Shown piece by piece: positions 50,178 through 59,259 of a stretch of DNA of 64,000 bases. The position numbers and the translations under genes are program-made. The notes under the pieces were generated by a model that made no database searches, was not told the origin of the DNA, and worked only from the letters and a program-made list of their open reading frames with translations. Origin of the DNA: Nanobdellota archaeon (GTDB lineage: Archaea; Nanobdellota; Nanobdellia; Pacearchaeales; GW2011-AR1); contig JBBSXO010000003.1 in NCBI GenBank assembly GCA_038045705.1, positions 1 to 64,000 on the forward strand, in the 5' to 3' direction. The first letter of the stretch is position 1. Each line of letters begins with the position of its first letter.

Positions 50178-50528
50178 TTAATTAAATTTCTCAAGAAACA
50201 ACTTCTTAATTTTATCAAATCTTTTTGAATCTTTGAAAATTATAACATCACAATAGTTAGAAGTGAAAATAATGTAAATATCTTCATCATTCCCAAAAAA
50301 TTTAAATTCTTTATCTTTAAAATAGTTGATACCACTTAAATGAGATTCACTAGATCCACACCAATCATCTAAGTCTTGACTCTCTAAACCACTAATATTT
50401 TGATTTATAGATTTTAAAACATTATGCAACGTCTTGATAACATCATCTGTAAGCTTGATCTTCATCCAAAGCGATCTTTTAGAATCAAACAAACTAGTAA
50501 TTTTTATACCCATATAAAAATAAAACAA
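50178..50528 (-). CDS. Hypothetical protein
   Basis: 116-aa ORF, start uncertain. Confidence 0.55.
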   Translation of the reverse strand: MFYFYMGIKITSLFDSKRSLWMKIKLTDDVIKTLHNVLKSINQNISGLESQDLDDWCGSSESHLSGINYFKDKEFKFFGNDEDIYIIFTSNYCDVIIFKDSKRFDKIKKLFLEKFN

Positions 50529-50542
50529 TTGAATTATATAAA

Positions 50543-51379
50543 TTAAACTATATTTTTTTCTATTTTAGCCTCAACTTCATTTTCCTCTTCTAATAATTCC
50601 ATCTCATTTTTTAAACGCTCTAGTAGATCCTTGTTTTTTTCTTCATAAATTTCCTTCAATAAAATCCATATCTCTTCAAAATGTCCTTCTTGTTCTAACC
50701 AGACTTTCTGCTGATTATCTAAATGTAAAAGAGATACAAATGTAAGTAATCTTTCTTCAGGATCTAGAGAAGATAATTCAGAAAAAGCAACTCTTTCATC
50801 ACTCTTAGAAAAAATATTTTTAAGTTTCGAATATATTCCTTTTATCTTATCTTGCAAATTAAAGAGTTTTTTAGGAATAGGAAGATAAGCATCTATTTCA
50901 TGTTGTTTCAAAATAAGAGCCTTCTTTTCACGTCTACTTTCAGTATTCATAGCCTTACTCAAAGCTAAAATAAGCTCTTGCAATGAAACTTTCTTATGCC
51001 TAGGAAGAGGAGTTCTAGGAATTAATTCAGGTATATCTTCATCAAGTTCTATTCTTTCTTGAGTATAAGTTTTTTCTTCTTTTTTCCCATATAAAATATC
51101 ATCAAGAGATTGTAAATCTTTACTCAATAAAATCTCTGATTTGAGTCTTAAAAGAAGAGAAGCAGCAAGTAAAACCTTAGAAGAAACAAAGAAATTAGCT
51201 TCTTCCAACTCGCGAACCTTCAGAATATACTTATTAGCCAATATACTCAAGTTTATATCCCAAGGGTCAAGTTGTTCAGAGTTAATAAGATCATAAATAA
51301 TAGTCTGCCAGCTTAATCTATTATCGAAAAGCAAATCATGTATCTGATCCTGTCCGACTTTCTCCTTAACTTCAGCCAT
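50543..51379 (-). CDS. scpA: Segregation and condensation protein A (kleisin)
   Basis: LDPWDINL..LA..Y, LLAASLLLRLKSE, VSLQELI.AL, TFVSLLHL..LEQEGHFEEI. Confidence 0.9.
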   Translation of the reverse strand: MAEVKEKVGQDQIHDLLFDNRLSWQTIIYDLINSEQLDPWDINLSILANKYILKVRELEEANFFVSSKVLLAASLLLRLKSEILLSKDLQSLDDILYGKKEEKTYTQERIELDEDIPELIPRTPLPRHKKVSLQELILALSKAMNTESRREKKALILKQHEIDAYLPIPKKLFNLQDKIKGIYSKLKNIFSKSDERVAFSELSSLDPEERLLTFVSLLHLDNQQKVWLEQEGHFEEIWILLKEIYEEKNKDLLERLKNEMELLEEENEVEAKIEKNIV

Positions 51380-51658
51380 AATAACAACACAACATAAGAT
51401 TAAATAAACTTATAGTTCTAAATTGAAACCAGTTGATTGTGTCGTAACTATATAATAAGAACATAATCGAAAGATTTAAATAGTAGTCTAAGTTCGCTTA
51501 ATTATCATCACCTCTTTTTCCCAGGAGGAGACGTCATGGCCATCTTCTTGAAGGTCTTGATCTCTCCTCTATGGGTTTATTTAATGTCGAATAAACCACA
51601 AATTCTAAAATAATGATTTCATAGTAACAACGAAAGAAAGACTTAAATATCAATAAAT

Positions 51659-52039
51659 TTGCTCATTTTTATGGAAGTATTAGAATATCAGGGAAGAAAT
51701 GTCTATACAAGTTCATACTTAGATATTCAAGTGAAAGATCTGGATTCTTCAGAAGCTACAACAGGTAGAATAGAAGATGCTTATTTTTTTGAACTTGGGA
51801 TGAATAGATCTGTACAAATAGAATTTAATAGAAAAAAAGTAGAAAATGGCAGTTCAGGGTTAATGATTAGAGTTAAAGGGACATTGGGAACAGCAACAGT
51901 CTCAATTGTAGGGTTGCAAAGAATAGTAGATTTTATGTGTGATTTTGATTGTATTGGTAAGGACTTATCAACATTAAAAGGAAGAGAAGTTAGAAAATAT
52001 GATAGCATGAGACTACTAGCGGGAATTTCTAAAGTTTAA
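51659..52039 (+). CDS. Hypothetical protein
   Basis: 126-aa ORF, probable start MEVLEY. Confidence 0.55.
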   Translation: MLIFMEVLEYQGRNVYTSSYLDIQVKDLDSSEATTGRIEDAYFFELGMNRSVQIEFNRKKVENGSSGLMIRVKGTLGTATVSIVGLQRIVDFMCDFDCIGKDLSTLKGREVRKYDSMRLLAGISKV

Positions 52040-52138
52040 TTCCATAACCAGCACTTCTATTTGACAAAATCATTCACACTATTATGAGCATACATTTAAT
52101 CTAACCCAATAGATTTAACAAAAATAGAAGATAAAAAA

Positions 52139-52354
52139 TCACTTGCTATTAAACTCAGTATACTTACACTTTCCACAGTGAAGACGATTTAATCCTCCAC
52201 CCATGAATACTCCAGGACCACATCTTGGACAAAACTTAGCCTCTCTCTTAACCGAGTCTCCAGTTACTTTATACATCTTATACTTAGTACTAGTTGGCTT
52301 ATTCTTATGAGGCTTCTTTCCCTCGCCTGCTTTTCCAGCCATTTTACTTAGCAC
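52139..52354 (-). CDS. rps27ae: 30S ribosomal protein S27ae
   Basis: FCPRCGPGVFM...RLHCGKCKYTE. Confidence 0.95.
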   Translation of the reverse strand: MLSKMAGKAGEGKKPHKNKPTSTKYKMYKVTGDSVKREAKFCPRCGPGVFMGGGLNRLHCGKCKYTEFNSK

Positions 52355-52613
52355 CCTCTTTCTTCACTTTAGGCTTAGGTTCAATAGATTGTAAGTTTTC
52401 AGCAGAATCATAAACGCTAGCTTTTATAACAAACTCAGAGCTTCCAAAACTACCCTTAACAGATTTTATAGCAACGCAATCCACAGTTTTATTAAAATGT
52501 TTAGCAACATCTTCTTTTACAGAGTTATATCCAGGGTTTGAAGAATAAGATTTTACCGCAATAATATCATGCCTGTGTAAAAGTGAATTATAAGTGTTTA
52601 ATGTAAATTTCAT
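52344..52613 (-). CDS. rps24e: 30S ribosomal protein S24e
   Basis: NSLLHR..P...FG...A.VYDS....IEP; conserved position between spt4 and rps27ae. Confidence 0.85.
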   Translation of the reverse strand: MKFTLNTYNSLLHRHDIIAVKSYSSNPGYNSVKEDVAKHFNKTVDCVAIKSVKGSFGSSEFVIKASVYDSAENLQSIEPKPKVKKEGAK

Positions 52614-52798
52614 CTTAATCTTAGAGCAAAAACTCCTTTTCCTTTTATACCTAAATTTTTTGCTATCTCAGAGTTTTCAGGATCTATAATTGTAATTTTC
52701 CCTTTAAAGCTATCAACACTTTCAGTATGTTGGCAACTAGGACAACTAGAGCCTTCATAAATCATCTTACAATTCTTACAAGCTTTTTCTTTACCCAT
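52610..52798 (-). CDS. spt4: Transcription elongation factor Spt4 (RpoE'')
   Basis: ACKNC..CPSC, IIDPENSEIAK.LGI..G.FAL. Confidence 0.93.
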   Translation of the reverse strand: MGKEKACKNCKMIYEGSSCPSCQHTESVDSFKGKITIIDPENSEIAKNLGIKGKGVFALRLR

Positions 52799-53406
52799 TA
52801 TTCCTTCTTCTCCTTCTTAGATTTCTTCCCACTTCTTTCAACATTTTCAGCTTTCTTAGCTAAAGCAACAGCTCTCTTTTTAGCCTCATCAAGCCATTCT
52901 ACCTTACCAAGACCAGGTTGTCTCATAGTAAGGCCTATCTTAGGCTCACCAGCCTTATAACTAATAGCAACAATCCTAGCTAAACAAGAATCTCCAACAT
53001 TCAAAGAACGCTTAGTAACTTTTCCTTGTAAATTACCAGTCTTACTTAAGGAAACAAAATCTTCCATCGTCTGTGAAATATGAATCATCCCTTGAGTCGG
53101 ACCTATCTGCATAAATGCTCCAAAATTAGTAATTTCTTTTATTACACCAGGGATAAGCTCATGTAATTCAGGTCTCCAAACTAAAACAGTAAATAATGAT
53201 TTATAATAAGCAGCACCATCGCCAGGAATAATTATACCTTCTCCAACATTATTAACGCCTATTACAGAAATAACAAATCCAAGTTCCTTATGCATTGTTT
53301 TAACATAAGACTCTTCAAGTTGTTCTGCAACAGCATCTTTAGTAGCTAAACCAAAATGTCTAGGTTCTACACGAACATGATCTTCAACTTCGACAACATA
53401 AAACAT
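52798..53406 (-). CDS. rpoE1: DNA-directed RNA polymerase subunit E' (Rpo7)
   Basis: IIPGDGAAY, FGAF..IG..GMIHISQ, KIGLTMRQPGLGK. Confidence 0.96.
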   Translation of the reverse strand: MFYVVEVEDHVRVEPRHFGLATKDAVAEQLEESYVKTMHKELGFVISVIGVNNVGEGIIIPGDGAAYYKSLFTVLVWRPELHELIPGVIKEITNFGAFMQIGPTQGMIHISQTMEDFVSLSKTGNLQGKVTKRSLNVGDSCLARIVAISYKAGEPKIGLTMRQPGLGKVEWLDEAKKRAVALAKKAENVERSGKKSKKEKKE

Positions 53407-53449
53407 AAGTGTGTGAGAAAAACATGCTTTTTAAAGGTTTTTCTTATAT

Positions 53450-53824
53450 TTAAGCACCAGCTTCAACACCAACTCTATTTTGTGCTTTAAATATAACTAT
53501 TCTTTTAGGAACTTTCTTCTTTATTCCATTATCCAAAGTTGCAATAAAAATTCCCTCTTGACCTCTTTTTATTAAAAAATCATCAATTTTACCCTCGCCA
53601 AGAGTAGTTTTTTTTATCTTAGCTTTTTCAAATAATTCAAAAGCAACATCAATTGCAAGCCTGTCATCTCGAGAAGATCTATTACTTATTCTCAAATCTT
53701 TCATCTCCTGTAAAACCTCTCTTGGGACAACTGGTGTAAAGCCTTGTTCATGAAGCTGACTAAGAAAATCTATTCTATCTCTAACACAAGAAATAATAAA
53801 ACTACTATCCAACAATACCTGCAT
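53450..53824 (-). CDS. PIN-domain protein (Fcf1/Utp24-like)
   Basis: VLLDSSF, V..E, IDD, IATLD; conserved position upstream of rpoE'. Confidence 0.85.
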   Translation of the reverse strand: MQVLLDSSFIISCVRDRIDFLSQLHEQGFTPVVPREVLQEMKDLRISNRSSRDDRLAIDVAFELFEKAKIKKTTLGEGKIDDFLIKRGQEGIFIATLDNGIKKKVPKRIVIFKAQNRVGVEAGA

Positions 53825-53946
53825 ACATAAATCAAGTAAAAATACTATATAATGTTTGCTATACGCTATCCAATATAATTTGAATTAATTGCAAAAAATA
53901 TTTACCAATTAACAAAAGTTATATACTTATTTCTATTTGAAAGACA

Positions 53947-54507
53947 ATGGAAGAGGTGACTCATGTAATAGACGTTCTTACTAGAGCAAGATACGCACTG
54001 GAACAAGAAGATACAAAACAGCTAAGAGAACTTTCAGATAAAACTATTCATTCTGCTTCAGTATATCAACATACAGATTATATTCTAGTTGCAACTATAA
54101 TTTACACATTAAGTAAAATAGTAGAAAGAAAAGACAAAATAGGTATAAAAAACTGGAATAATTTCATAAAGGGTGTAAGCAACTTAATAGTTTTAGCAAT
54201 ATCCTCTGCGCAAAGAAATAAGCACTCTCAGTTTATTATATTTTTAACCAAAATAAAACATTATATGGAAAACATTTCAGAGGATATGAAACCATTAATA
54301 GAAGAGCTCCTAAGAAAAGCATCTATAAACAAAGCATCAAAAGTATATGAACATGGAATTTCTCTAGCAAAGACAACAAAGCTTTTAGGAGTCAATCCGT
54401 GGGAGCTATCAGAATATATAGGAGAAAAAGAAAATCCTCAAATCAAACTAAATAAAACCATAGATGCAAAAGAGAGAATGCGAATGGCAATGGATTTCTT
54501 TAAATGA
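53947..54507 (+). CDS. Hypothetical protein with C-terminal HTH-like motif
   Basis: KVYEHGISLAKTTKLLGVNPWEL; overlaps the next gene. Confidence 0.7.
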   Translation: MEEVTHVIDVLTRARYALEQEDTKQLRELSDKTIHSASVYQHTDYILVATIIYTLSKIVERKDKIGIKNWNNFIKGVSNLIVLAISSAQRNKHSQFIIFLTKIKHYMENISEDMKPLIEELLRKASINKASKVYEHGISLAKTTKLLGVNPWELSEYIGEKENPQIKLNKTIDAKERMRMAMDFFK

Positions 54508-55181
54508 TAAAAAAAGTTTTAATATTAGATGCAGGGCCAATAATAAATTTATCCATGAATGGATTATTAGAGATATTCGAAAAAGTATATCTAAGTGGAA
54601 TAACAATAGTAATCACAAATTATGTCTATCAAGAAGTTGTAGATCACCCAAGCCATATTCCAAGATTTGAATTAGGAGCATTAAGAATAAAAGAATTAGT
54701 AGAAAAGGGAGTAATAAAATTTGCAACAGACATAGGATTAGCCCAGATGGAAATAGAAAGCGAAACTCAGCGTTGGCTTAAAATAGCAAATTCTTCAATA
54801 AAGTCAGATAATCATTTTATTGAAATAGTAAGTATAGCCGAAATATCTTGTATAGCTGTTAGTTCTCTACTAAACAAAAAGAGGATTGAAAATATAATAG
54901 GCATAGATGAAAGAACAACAAGAGTCTTATTTGAGAAACCAGAAAATCTAAGAGACTTAATGGCAAGCAAATTGCATAGAAATATAACTCTCTATACAAA
55001 AGACTTAGAAAATACAAAACAATTTAGATTTATCAGATCAAGTGAATTAGTATTTATGGCATACAAAAAAAAGATTATAGAAATAAACGACAAACACGCA
55101 TTAGAAGCTCTTCTTTACGCAACAAAGTTCAAAGGATGTGCAATCTCCTGGGAAGAAATCGAACAATTAAAGAAGATGTAA
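54504..55181 (+). CDS. PIN-like domain protein
   Basis: LILDAGPII, VYQEVV, AE..CI, GIDERTTR. Confidence 0.7.
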   Translation: MIKKVLILDAGPIINLSMNGLLEIFEKVYLSGITIVITNYVYQEVVDHPSHIPRFELGALRIKELVEKGVIKFATDIGLAQMEIESETQRWLKIANSSIKSDNHFIEIVSIAEISCIAVSSLLNKKRIENIIGIDERTTRVLFEKPENLRDLMASKLHRNITLYTKDLENTKQFRFIRSSELVFMAYKKKIIEINDKHALEALLYATKFKGCAISWEEIEQLKKM

Positions 55182-55182
55182 A

Positions 55183-55271
55183 TGGGCCCGGAGGGAATCG
55201 AACCCCCATCCTTCGGGTACTCCGCAAAATCGCTGGAGCCGAAGATTCTAAAACCATTAAACTACGGACCC
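55183..55271 (-). tRNA. tRNA-Trp(CCA) with 15-nt intron at 37/38 (55218-55232)
   Basis: Reverse complement: GGGTCCG/CGGGCCC acceptor, TTCGG-CTCCAG|intron|C-CCGAA, CTCC/GGAG central splice helix. Confidence 0.9.
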
Positions 55272-55420
55272 TAATCTATAACTTCTGGAATCCTTCTCAA
55301 TTCGTCAGAAGTTAATACATAAATTGTATTTTCACCAATTAAAAACTTATCTTTTGATGGTTTTTTCCTAGAATTAAGGAAATAATAAAACTTTATAAAC
55401 AATAAACACGAATATAATAC

Positions 55421-55918
55421 ATGTCAAAAAAGAAGGTTGATCATACAGTGATCAAAACAGTAGTCAAACATCATCATACTCAAACTAGACCTCGTAATGC
55501 TCATATTAAACGCCATCATCCTCAAGTAAGTCATAACCACATTTCTAAAGAAACTTTAGAAGAACAAACAATACACAGCTTAGTAGAACTACAAAAAGTC
55601 CATGTAAACTTATCTGAAAAATTTGAGAAGCTTACAACACAAATAGAAAATCTTCTAGCTCTTTTTGAACTAGCTGCAAGAAATTTTGTAAAACAACCAA
55701 ATATGCAAAACACAGAAAAAGATAAAGAATTCTTGGATAAAATAGATAAACTTTTAGACCAAAATAAACTCCTAGCTAAAGGACTTTCACTAATGGAAGA
55801 AAAGATGAGAGAAAGAGTTTACGGTGTAAATCAAACAAATCAAGGAATAAGACCACCATTCAGACCACAAAATCAACAAATGCAACCCAGTCAAACATCA
55901 GAATTAGAAGAGATATGA
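55421..55918 (+). CDS. Hypothetical coiled-coil protein with His-rich N-terminus
   Basis: LQKV..NLS.KF..L..QI..LL.LFE.AA; LAKGLSLMEE. Confidence 0.7.
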   Translation: MSKKKVDHTVIKTVVKHHHTQTRPRNAHIKRHHPQVSHNHISKETLEEQTIHSLVELQKVHVNLSEKFEKLTTQIENLLALFELAARNFVKQPNMQNTEKDKEFLDKIDKLLDQNKLLAKGLSLMEEKMRERVYGVNQTNQGIRPPFRPQNQQMQPSQTSELEEI

Positions 55919-56478
55919 TGAACAGAGATATAGCAGAGTTATTCTTAATCAATTTTACCAAAAGCCTAATAGAAATTAAAGCACCTCTAATTACTCAATT
56001 AAAAAGTCAAGAGATAAATGATAGTTCTATGCAAATGTCCATTCTAAAATCTGAAAATATCCCAAAAATAGAAAAAAACGAGATTAGCAAATTTAACATA
56101 TTACCATTTAGTAAAGTCCAGCAAATTGATATTCCAAAAAATCAAAAACATAACATACAATATCAAAGCCAGAGTAAAATTTCAGCAACAGATAAACTAA
56201 ATAGTTTGATAAAAGATCATTATGTTAATGAAATAGAATGTGTGGGTGTGAATAGCCCATTAATAGTAAAAAAATCAGGGCTGACTCAAAACACCCAAAT
56301 AAATTTATCAATAGATGAGATATATGAGATAATAGCAGAATTCTCACAAAAAACAAGAATACCTGTCATAAATGGAAGAATAAAAGCAGCATTAAATGAT
56401 TTAATAATAACTGCTGTCCTTTCAGAAACTTTAGGTCCAAGGTTTATAATACAAAAAATGAAAGGAATAATTATTTAA
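55915..56478 (+). CDS. Protein resembling only the N-terminal domain of FlaI/TadA secretion ATPases
   Basis: KLNSLIKD.YVNEIEC.G...PLIV...TQINLS.DEI..II..FS; no Walker motifs. Confidence 0.6.
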   Translation: MMNRDIAELFLINFTKSLIEIKAPLITQLKSQEINDSSMQMSILKSENIPKIEKNEISKFNILPFSKVQQIDIPKNQKHNIQYQSQSKISATDKLNSLIKDHYVNEIECVGVNSPLIVKKSGLTQNTQINLSIDEIYEIIAEFSQKTRIPVINGRIKAALNDLIITAVLSETLGPRFIIQKMKGIII

Positions 56479-56578
56479 AATACCATTCTTCTAACTGTAA
56501 AAAATTAAATCACAAAACTCTGATGAGTTTGCTAGTGTTTTGGGAGTACAGTTGATAATCTCCAACATAATAACTTAA

Positions 56579-56598
56579 CTCCAATCTAAAGATTGGAG
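56579..56598. terminator. Hairpin between convergent genes
   Basis: CTCCAATC-taaa-GATTGGAG. Confidence 0.45.
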
Positions 56599-56601
56599 AT
56601 T

Positions 56602-59184
56602 TCAACTAGTATTCAAATTTTTCAACTTGTAAACCAAACTCTCATAATGTGGTGCAAGACGTTCTTTATCTTTAAGAATAAGTCTTTTATATTCTTCAAC
56701 AATAACAGGCATTCTTGATCTTGCCAATTTTGGAGATTTTTTAACATCAATCAAAGCATGATGAATCATCTTTTCAACTCTTGAATAATTACTAAATATA
56801 TTCATTGAGTGATTTGATTTAATCTTAGGAAGTGAGTCCTTATCATAAAATACTAAATTAATTTTATCATGTCCAATTTTCTCTTTTAATAATCTAAGAT
56901 AGTTAAGAATATCTTGTTTAACATTTAAGTCATTAGGATAAATAGTAGCTAATTTATTATAATTTTCAATTGCACCAGCATAGTCTTTTTTATTTAATGC
57001 CTTCCTACCAAAGTAGATCAGTCTTTCATGATAAGGTGATAAAAAATCACCAAAGAGTAAAAATGAAACCAGCATCACAAAAAGAATTATCCATAAAACC
57101 CAAGGTATAGAATCAGTCCCATTAACAATTTCTTCAGCTTGCTGTGAAGACATCCCAGTAATATAAGATCCTCCAACCTCACCATAAAGCAAATTTTCTA
57201 TAAAAAGAGATATTTTTTCTTCCAAATCATCATAATCTGGAGAACTTAAGAAATTCAAGGTTAAATGTCCATTCAACTTATAAACTACAGTCGCAACATA
57301 ATTTCTTCTAGAACTATCCAAACTATTCTGGAAATGAATTGAAATAGGGCCATTTACATTAGATCTTGTCGGCAATTCAGGATCAACATTAATTACGTTA
57401 GGCCTACCACCACTTAGACCGTTAGGTCTTACGTAAACATCTGATTGACCTATATAACATAAATTCCCTGTTACGGCATTATAACCAAACCCTCCAAAGC
57501 TAGCAGGAGATAAACTCAAAGCAACAACATAACTGGGAGTTAAACAGGTATTAGAAAGTTGCAAACATAAAGGATCTCCCATACAACCAGTACCTCCAGA
57601 CTGACCACCAGTCAAAATTCCTCCTGTACTGCCAACATTACTTCCAACACTCCCTCCACTTCCCCCACTTCCCCCACCACTTGTAGAAGAACCTTGAGTA
57701 ATTGAGCCACCATTACCATCTCCATTGTTTAGACAATTTTCAAGATATTCTTCACAATTAGAACTGACTGCACAATCATAAATATAACGTGGACAATAAA
57801 GTGGTTGATTGGAACAAGAGGATATATCATCTAAACACTGATTTAATAAATTAGAATTTGGAGTGACATATAGATCAATAAAGCTTTGAAGTCGATCAGG
57901 AGAAATATAATTAGGAGCACAAAGAGCCAAAAACTCATCACAGTTTTGATTAATAGCACACTCATAGATTTGAGAATACTCCCCACAAGTATTTGGAATA
58001 GAAGATGAACAGGATGAAATTAAATTCCGACACTGAGAATTTAATAAATTAACAGGATATCTATTTAAAAAAGCTTGAAGTTGTGCTGAGGTTATCACCC
58101 CAGTCTGACCTTGACCAGCTCCACCATTAGAAATAACTTCTACTACCAAAGCGAAACTGCCTGTACTTCCTTCATCACATATCACTCGGTAATTTATAAT
58201 ATAAATCCCAACTTCATTACCAGATGTAACTGTCAAAACATAAACTCCAGACTGTCCAGATGCTAAAGAGTTAGATCCCACAGGAGAACTAAAACCTTGC
58301 CAACTTAACCAAGAAGCATAACTGCCAGCAGAAGATATCATACAATTATTAACTTGACCTAAACCATTATTAGTAGCAACCACTTGAAAAGATCTAGGTG
58401 CTCCACGTATTACCTCAATCCTCCCATGAGTTTCTAAATTCAAATTAAATTGTTCTTGATAAATTCCAGATATTGAAGTTCGAGAAGAATCTCCTAAACC
58501 TAAAGGGATCAAATTGGAAGAATATGACTGTAATAAATTTATAGAAGATTCTATTTCTTCTTCATGATCAATAATCCATAAAGCTTGTTCTGTTTGTTCT
58601 TCAAAACGTTCAGTTACAGTTTTAGTAAGAATATAATTTATGTCTCTTAATTGTTTTTCTATATAAGAAATATCCTTAACAATTGATTCTTGAGATTCAC
58701 TAAGTATTGAAGAAGAATACTTGTCAAAAAAGACCGAAGATTTTCCATAAATCTCAAGAGCATTATTTTTTGCTAATTCTAAGTTATTTTTATACCTCAA
58801 TAAATCAGATTCTGTAACTGAATTACTATTAATTATATTGTTTACTGTTGATGCATATTCTGAAATCTGAGAAACTTGACTAACAGCGTTATTTATCTGG
58901 CTAACCACTTCTTCTGGAGGAGTAACCGTAGAACCATATGAGTTTACTACACAATTCGAACATGGTATAACAGGATTGATAAACTCCCCTCCTCCATCAC
59001 CACCTTCAGGTTCTTCACCACCATCACCACCACCACCAGATTCCTCATCATGACTAAATCCAGTTATACTTGAATAATACCAATCACCATAAAAAACAGA
59101 GAATACTGTAAGAATTAAAGCAATTGTTAAAAAAGAAATTGCATGCATATTAAAAAAATTACCATCACCTTTTTTACCAAACAT
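56602..59184 (-). CDS. Large membrane-anchored surface protein with Cys-rich repeats and a TPR-like cytoplasmic tail
   Basis: N-terminal TM + ITGFS, Ig-like domain, two Cys-rich repeats, G/S linkers, second TM, ALNKKDYAGAIENYNKL. Confidence 0.82.
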   Translation of the reverse strand: MFGKKGDGNFFNMHAISFLTIALILTVFSVFYGDWYYSSITGFSHDEESGGGGDGGEEPEGGDGGGEFINPVIPCSNCVVNSYGSTVTPPEEVVSQINNAVSQVSQISEYASTVNNIINSNSVTESDLLRYKNNLELAKNNALEIYGKSSVFFDKYSSSILSESQESIVKDISYIEKQLRDINYILTKTVTERFEEQTEQALWIIDHEEEIESSINLLQSYSSNLIPLGLGDSSRTSISGIYQEQFNLNLETHGRIEVIRGAPRSFQVVATNNGLGQVNNCMISSAGSYASWLSWQGFSSPVGSNSLASGQSGVYVLTVTSGNEVGIYIINYRVICDEGSTGSFALVVEVISNGGAGQGQTGVITSAQLQAFLNRYPVNLLNSQCRNLISSCSSSIPNTCGEYSQIYECAINQNCDEFLALCAPNYISPDRLQSFIDLYVTPNSNLLNQCLDDISSCSNQPLYCPRYIYDCAVSSNCEEYLENCLNNGDGNGGSITQGSSTSGGGSGGSGGSVGSNVGSTGGILTGGQSGGTGCMGDPLCLQLSNTCLTPSYVVALSLSPASFGGFGYNAVTGNLCYIGQSDVYVRPNGLSGGRPNVINVDPELPTRSNVNGPISIHFQNSLDSSRRNYVATVVYKLNGHLTLNFLSSPDYDDLEEKISLFIENLLYGEVGGSYITGMSSQQAEEIVNGTDSIPWVLWIILFVMLVSFLLFGDFLSPYHERLIYFGRKALNKKDYAGAIENYNKLATIYPNDLNVKQDILNYLRLLKEKIGHDKINLVFYDKDSLPKIKSNHSMNIFSNYSRVEKMIHHALIDVKKSPKLARSRMPVIVEEYKRLILKDKERLAPHYESLVYKLKNLNTS

Positions 59185-59259
59185 AAAAAAACATATGAAA
59201 AATACTTATTAAATCTATTCCTGCCTAAGTTTAAATAAAGATTTTGACAGTAAAAGGCA

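Noticed and set aside
56515-56600. CTGATGA as a hammerhead ribozyme or C/D box RNA
   Set aside because: No correctly placed GAAA core or CTGA D box; the motif lies in a simple AAACTC/GAGTTT hairpin
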